This document shows, piece after piece, positions 55,941-64,000 of a stretch of DNA of 64,000 nt. The notes beneath the pieces were generated by a model. The model ran no database searches. It had not been told where the DNA came from and worked only from the letters and a program-made list of their open reading frames with translations. Origin of the DNA: Neocallimastix sp. 'constans' (taxonomy: Eukaryota); assembly GCA_050613775.1 (NCBI GenBank), contig JBODTK010000157.1:248001-312000 (forward strand), read 5' to 3'. Position 1 is the stretch's first letter. Each line of letters opens with the position of its first letter. The position numbers were made by a program, and so were the translations under genes.

Positions 55941-56331
55941 TGTAAAAAAAAAAAAAGTAAATTGTAAAAAAAAAAAAATAATTATAATAATAAATAATAA
56001 ATAATAAATAATAAAAAAAAAAAAAAATTCAAAAAAAAAAAAAAAAAAAAAATATTATATAAAAAAATTTTTTTACTGTATTAAAAGCATTTTTTTTTTG
56101 TTTTTTTTTTGTTTTTTAATAATAATAGAAAAGTATATCAATCGATAAAATATTATAAAATAATAATAATAAAAATAATAATAATAATAAAAAATAAAAT
56201 TTTGATACTTTATACCTATAGAATATCAAAAAAAAAAAAAAAAAATTGTTTTTTTTTTTTTTTTTGTTATTATTTTATTTTATATATATGTTATTTTTTC
56301 TTTTTTCTTTTTTTTTTTTGGTTTTTATTAT

Positions 56332-56470
56332 TAGTTATTGATAATTATTAGTCATTGATAATTATTAGTTATTGATAATTATTAATTATTGATTATTATT
56401 ACTTATTGATAATTAATAATTATTGATAATTATTAATTATTGATTATTATTACTTATTGATAATTATTAT
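56332..56470. repeat. Degenerate ~15-bp tandem repeat (TTATTGATAATTATTA-like)
   Basis: About 9 imperfect copies read directly. Confidence 0.75.
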
Positions 56471-57983
56471 GAATGATGAAATTTTGAATTTCTAATGAAG
56501 TAGCTATTTAAAATCCCATAAAAAAGATAATAATCATTCAAATCAAATCATCAAAAAAAAAAAAAAAAAAAAAAAAAACAATATTGTAATTTGTTACACA
56601 AAATATATTAACAAAAAAAAAAAAAACACGAATAATAAATAATAAATAATAAATAATAAATAATAAATAATAAATAATAAATAATAAATTGTTAAGGAGT
56701 CAATATAAGATATGATGTGTACACTACAAAATGTATTATTATTTAATTAAATTTTATTTCTTACTTATTTATAAATAAATTTTAATAAAACATAAAACAT
56801 TTAAAAGACTATAAATATTAATTTATATTAAGTATTATATAATATTTTAATTATTATATACAAGTTTTTTTTTTTTTATTTTTATGGTTTATGTCAATTT
56901 TATTAATATACTTTATGATAAAGAAGTACTTAATTATTCTATATTAAATACTTTTATATTAATACATTGTGACTTATACATTATTTATATTACATTATGT
57001 TTCAATATATTTGAAGCTTATTTTTCATACATTTCACATATTCTAACATAAATAATAAAATAATAAAATAAAAAATAATAAATAACTGAATAATAAATAA
57101 TAAATAATAAGAAATAAGAAATAAGAAATAAGAAATAAGAATAAATAATAATTGAATAATTGAATAAATAAATAATAAGTAAATTGAATAATTTTAAATT
57201 ATTAACTATTAAATTATTAGCTATTAATTATAAATTAATTATTAATTATTTATTATTAATTTTAATAATACATATAATCATAAATTACATAAAATCATAA
57301 ATCATAATTACATAAAACGATAAATGATAAACTACATAAACCATATTATATAAAATCATAAATTGCATATAGTCATAAATAATAAATTAACATAAAATGA
57401 TAAATTAATATATAAATAGTTTAATATAACAAATTATGAAATATATTTTTTTTAATTTACTAAAAGTATAAAAATTCTAAAAAAAAATAGTAATAATAAT
57501 AATAATAAATAAATAAAGAATAAAGAATACATAAAAACCAAAATAATTTTTTAAGAAGTATTTATATATTTATAAATAAAAAAAATTAATATTTCATAAA
57601 ATTAAATTTAAAAGAATTTATAGATAGGATATGAAATGTTTTAGAATATAAATCAATATTAAAATTAAATTAATAAACTGAAAACATAGATATTAACCGT
57701 CAAAATAAATTCACTACCAATAATAAAAGTAGGAATAAAAAAACAATACCAATATCATATAATAAACAAATTAAAATAATTAATAATTTATAATTAATAA
57801 TTTATAATTAATAATTAATAATAATAATTAACAATAATAATAAAATATATTTCTCTTAATATTTTTTATTATGTCACGTCACATTAATATTATTAGTGAC
57901 GGTAACACCATCAAATTATTTATCATAATATTGTGAATAATTTAACTGGAAAAAAAAAAGGTAATAATAATTATAATAAATAA

Positions 57984-58019
<36 letters not shown>

Positions 58020-58286
58020 ATATATATAATAAATAAATATAAAATAAAAGTTTTAATATTATATTAAATAAAATATTATTAATTAAATAATAATAAAAAA
58101 TTATTTAGGTAAAAAAAAATTCTTTTTTTTTTTGTATTCAATACTTTATTACCATATAATAACTTTTTTTTTTCTATTTCATCAATACTTTACCATAGAA
58201 TAATAATAAAGATTTTATTTTTTTTTTAGTTAATTTATTAATATGAAAAAAATATTAAAACTTACACTTTAAAAGTTTTTTTTTAA

Positions 58287-58320
<34 letters not shown>

Positions 58321-59240
58321 GAAAGAAAAGAAATAAATATATATGTATATTTATTTATTTATTTATTTAGTTAGTTAGTTATTTTAGTTTTTATTTTAGT
58401 TTGAACTTTTGTTTTATCTTTATTTTTATTATATTTTTATTTTATCTATCGATAGGTATAGATGAATAGAGTATGTAAGCATCTACCTTTATTCATATAT
58501 ATGCTAACATTCTCACTCACTCTTAATTCTTAATACACTCTCTTCTTCTCTTCTTTTAATTCTTTTTTTCTTTTTCTTTTTTTTTTAATCTATCTCTATA
58601 GAATCTAAATCAAATTTTAAAAAATTAAAAAAAATAAAAATAAAATAAAAATAAAATAAAAATAAAATAAAATAAAAAATAAATAAAAAAGATCACAGAC
58701 AACTAAAAGAAAATAATTTGAATTTTAAAGTATCAATGGTTTCATTAATATTATTATTTAAAAAAATTTTTTTAAAAAAAAAAAAGAGGTCCTTTCAGCA
58801 TCACATTACGTTCCATAAGTGAATAAAAAAAATAAATAAATAAAAAATATATAATAATATATATTTTAATTTAATTAATTATCTATTTATTTATTATAAT
58901 AACGTTAAATTATAATATATATATAATTATTTTATAAATAAAATATTTTTTAATTAAAAATCATATATAAATGTATATTTCATATTTTTTTTATTCATTT
59001 AAATTTTTTTTTTTTGTAAAAGTTTTAATTACATTTAACTTTTAAATCAAATGAGTACTTTAACTTTATAAATATATCTATTTATTTATTTAAATTTATT
59101 TAAAATAATTAATATATATTTTTGTTTGTATTAAAATTATTTGTTTTATCAAATTTATACTATCAATTTTATTTAAATTATTTACTTTACAAATAATAAT
59201 AATAATAATAGTTATATGGATATATCCTTTATGAAAGAAT

Positions 59241-59472
59241 AAAAATAAAGAAATGTTAATAAATCTATCTATAGTACATAGTAAAATAAATTTTTAGAAT
59301 TTAAAAGTAAAATAAAAAAAAATGTTTAAATAATAAGAATAAGAAAAATAATAAGAATAAAAATAAAGAAATGTTAATAAATCTATCTATAGTACATAGT
59401 AAAATAAATTTTTAGAATTTAAAAGTAAAATAAAAAAAATGTTTAAATAATAAGAATAAGAAAAAGAATAAG
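59241..59472. repeat. Recent ~118-bp tandem duplication
   Basis: AAAAATAAAGAAATGTTAATAAATCTATCTATAGTACATAGTAAAATAAATTTTTAGAATTT... occurs at 59241 and 59359, differing almost only in homopolymer lengths. Confidence 0.92.
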
Positions 59473-59573
59473 AATAAATAATTAAATAATTCATATTCAA
59501 TATTTTAATAATTAATTATTCAAATACTAATCAAGAATTAATTTATATCAACCCTTTTCTTTGATCAGCTAAA

Positions 59574-59606
<33 letters not shown>

Positions 59607-60164
59607 GTCAAATCATAAATTAATTACTTTATTTATTAATTAAATTAATCATCATCATAATAAAATAAATACAAAAATAATATTTCATAAATAAATAAAT
59701 GAATATATATATATATACTAATAAATATTAATATAAATATAAATAGATATAAATATAATAAATAATAAGTAATCAATAAATTAAGAATAATCTTTTATTT
59801 TGTTTAATATATTATAATTAAAAGTAATATATATAATTTATTTAATCAACCAGTCATTTTTAAAAAATTTAAAAATTAAAATCATTAATTTGATTTTTTA
59901 CTTAAATTATATAATATTATATAAATATATTATATAAATATATTATATATTATATAATAATTTTTATTATTTTTTTTATTATAATTTAAATTTTTTTTTA
60001 ATAATTTTTTTTTTTTTGTTTTTTGATTTTTAAAACTTAAAAAAAAAAAAAAAAATTCTCCAACCACCATTTTAAAATTTTAATTTAAAATTGAATGATT
60101 AAAACTTTAAAATATATTAAATTTCTATTATTCAATCAATTCGATATTAATACTTTAAATTATA

Positions 60165-60395
60165 AAATTATTTTTTATACTATTTTAACTAGTTTTAATT
60201 ATTTTATATTTTAAAAATATTTTAATTTTTTTTATATTTAATGATTATTATTTTAAAAATATTTTAGATAGTTTTAATTATTTTACATTTTAAAAATATT
60301 TTAACTTGTTTTAATTATTTTATATTTTAAAAATATTTTAAAGAGTTTTAATTATTTTATATTTAAAATTACTTTAAATTATTTAAAATATTTTT
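60165..60395. repeat. Degenerate ~38-bp tandem repeat (GTTTTAATTATTTTATATTTTAAAAATATTTTA..)
   Basis: About 5-6 imperfect units read directly. Confidence 0.7.
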
Positions 60396-63102
60396 AACGT
60401 CTTTCATGGATTTTTTTTTTTTAATTTAATTAAATTTAATTTAATTTTTGTTAATTTTACTGAATTTAATTTAATTTTACAATTTAATTAAATTTTATTA
60501 TTAAAATTTTTATTTAATTAATTAATCATTCATTTATTTATTATTTATTATTTATTTATATATCTATTTATTTATCTATTTATTATTTATATGATTTTTT
60601 AAAAAAAATTTTTTTTTTTGGTTATTTTTTATTTTTTGGTTTTTTTGGTTTTTTTTGGTTCCTTTTGTTATATTAAATTTTTGAATTTTTTTTTTTTTTT
60701 GTTATTAAAACTTTAAATAGATCTAATAATTAAAAGTAAAAATTAAAATATATATATATATATTTTTAAAAATTAAGAATATTATTTATTTATGAAAAAA
60801 ATTTTTTTTGTTTGATTTTCAATTTTTAATTATTTTACATTAATTATTTTATATTATTTATTTTATATTATTTATTTTATGTTATATTTTAAAATTTAAC
60901 TATCATCTTTATTTATGAAATAGAAGAAAAAATTATCATCTTTTCTTCTTACTTCTATTTCTTCAGCATATTCTTTTTTATTAGTATGACTTTATTTTTT
61001 TTCTTTAACATGTTTTTAATTGTACAATATTTAATTTTTTATCGTGTTAAAAAATTTTTAAAGTAAAAAAGTTTTTATATATTATTTATATATATATACT
61101 TGGCAAAATAATGATTAAGTTTTTAAAAATATAAAATTAAAATTACAATTGTCAATAAAATTAAAATTAAAAATAATAATTGATTTCCTATTTAATTATA
61201 CTTTTTTTAATAATAGTAAAATATAAATAAAAAAAAAAGTTAAAAATAAAAAAAAGACCAATTTATTTTATTTATATGTTTAGTATAAATATTTTTATCA
61301 AAATCAAAAAAAAAAAATTTTTAATTCATTAATAAAAAAAAGAAAATATATTTTAAATCAATAAAAAATATACATAATATAATAATATAATAATAACAAC
61401 TAACAAATATATAAATAAAAATATAAAAAGTTTAATAAAATAATTAAAAATTAAATAAAAAAAAATAAAATATATATATATATATTAAAAAAAAATTAAA
61501 ACAAAACAAAAAAAAGATTTAAAATATTACTTTTTTTTTTTTTTTTGAAAATTTTTGAAATTTTTTCTTTTCTTCATCCCATATTTATATATTTTTCATC
61601 TCTCTATGAAAATAATTAGTATTTTATTTTTATTTAACTTTTTTCTTTATCTCATTAAGAAATAAATAGTTTTTTTTTTTAAACATGTGTATGTTTTTAT
61701 TAACAATATAAATATGTATATATATATATTAATATATATTTATTTTTTTTATTATATATATTAGTATATATTTATTATTTTTTTTCATCTTTCATACTAT
61801 TGGTCATTATTAGAAATTTTGTTTTAAATATGATACTAAATAATTATTATTATATTATTTATATATTAGTATAAAATTATTAAATAATAATAATTATTTT
61901 TTTTCATTCCCTTCCCTCTTTCTATTGGTTGTTATTGTAATGTTTTAAAATAAAATATAAAGGTGAAAATAAAAAAATGAATCAATAAAATAAATAATAA
62001 TTATTAAAAACAGTAATTATACCAAATATACCAAATAGATAATTTTATGGATCATTAATGAATACATTAAGAATAAAAATATAATTAATAACAAAATAAT
62101 AAAACATATTCTTAAATTATATCAAAAATGAATTAATAGAGTAATAATGGATAAAAACTGTTGATAATAATAAATGTTATCATGAATAGGTTAAATAATA
62201 TTAAAAACAAAAAAACAAAAAAAAAAAAAAAAAAAAATTGACCTAACCACTTATTAAATTAAAAAATTTAATTTTTATTATTAGAATTTTCTGATTTTCT
62301 AACCCTTTTATTTATTAATTTCTTTTTTAATTTTTATTTATTATTTTATAATTATAAAAATTAGGATTTAGTTTTTTGTATCTTTGCTTCAATTTTATAT
62401 TTAAATTTTGTTTATAAATAGTACTTCACTTAGTTAAAATATTATTAAATAATTATATCTAATAATAAATTCATCTATTTTAATTATATATATTATATAT
62501 ATATGTTGTTGCATTGTTTTTTTATACTTTATATATATATAAATATTATCTAAAATTTAATATTCTATTTTCCAAATTTAATTTTTGTACCTGTTAGCCA
62601 TTTCAAATCATTAAGAAAAAAACATAAATAACAACAACAACAAAAAAACTAACAAAGGTATGAGTGTAATTGTTAAGAAAAAAAATCAATTTTTTTTCTT
62701 TGATTAAACCAAAAGAAAGAATATTTTATTTCGTTTAGAAAGTGGTTTTCTATATATTATCTTTTTTTTATTTCTATCATTTTTTAATCTAATATTGAAA
62801 TCAACAATAAATTAATAATTTAATTAGGGTCTTTGTGCGTGTTGGTAAATATTTTTATTACTATTTTTATTATTTATATTATTTATATTATTTATTAAAT
62901 ATTTTATTATTATTGTTATTTGCTATTTATTATTTTATAATCTTTATTAATTTATTATTTTAGTTATTCTTTATATCTTTTTTTTTATTTTTTTTTATTT
63001 ATATTTTATTTATATTTTTAATAAAATACTTTATTATTAACTTTAATTAAATTTACCCAAATTTTAAAAAATAATATATTTTTTTTATTGAATTTAATTT
63101 TC

Positions 63103-63133
<31 letters not shown>

Positions 63134-63257
63134 TTCAAAAAAAAAAAGTTTTATATTTAATTATTTAAATATAAATATAGGTAATTATTTAATTATATAT
63201 AAACATAAATATATATAAATATATATAATATTTTTTATATATTTTTTTTTGTTGATT

Positions 63258-63314
<57 letters not shown>

Positions 63315-64000
63315 AATAAAATAAAATAAAAAAAGAAATGAACTATGAGAATCAAAATTTTTGATAATTCTTTTTCTTGAATTAATAAATTTATTTTTTT
63401 TATTATTTTAATATATTTCTTATATTTATTGTGCTTTATCTGAACATATCCATAGTTTTGTATATGTTTAGATATTGATTATTAAAATATTTATTTTTTA
63501 TATTTATTTATATATATTTTGAATAAAATAAAAAGAAAATAAAAAAAAACAGTAAAAAAAAAAACAACGAAAACTTTATAAAATAATAATAATAATAATT
63601 ATAAAAATAATAATAATAAAAATAATAATTATAAAAATAATAATAATAAAAATAATAATAATTATAAAAATGTATAGTATTTATAACAATAAATAATAAA
63701 TAAATAATAAATAAATAATAAATAATGAATTTTGAATCCTTTAATTAATATAAAAATATCCAATCTTTAATTAATCTTTATTAATATTATATTATTATAT
63801 TATTTATTATTTATTATTTATTTATTATTATTATTTATTATTTATTTATTATTATTATTTATTATTTATTTATTATTTAATTATCTATACATTATTTAAT
63901 TATCTATACATTATTTAATTATCTATTTATTTATTCACTTATTTTTTGTAATACTTTTTTCATTTTTTTAATTTATATTTTTCTCAACATTGAAAATAGA

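Overview
Extremely AT-rich, intron-rich eukaryotic DNA full of poly-A/T and (AAT)n microsatellites. It is most consistent with an anaerobic gut fungus (Neocallimastigomycota); this is inferred from composition, intron density and gene families. Exon models were assembled by hand from GT..AG sites and reading frame. In order, the window holds: (1) a degraded 7TM receptor paralog (~164-2040); (2) an intact 9-exon receptor fusing a bacterial-type trehalose/maltose-like sugar-binding protein to a class C-like 7TM domain and a cytoplasmic PH-like domain (3440-9317); (3) TFIIIC Tau95/Tfc1 (minus); (4) an island of repeat fragments (~13.8-15.7 kb); (5) RPS19 (minus); (6) a Cys-rich single-pass protein; (7) a GC-richer decayed gene with an HExxH..ExxCD metallopeptidase motif, possibly foreign; (8) a ~1956-aa SILK/RVxF/CBM21 glycogen-targeting PP1 subunit; (9) a second copy of the dispersed repeat and a candidate structured ncRNA; (10) an LRR single-pass receptor built one LRR per exon; (11) a PGM2/phosphopentomutase-type gene (minus), divergent from (12) cytoplasmic dynein intermediate chain; then ~8 kb with no recognisable gene. 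No rRNA, tRNA or CRISPR array was seen. Most short ORFs in the supplied track are microsatellite or antisense artefacts.
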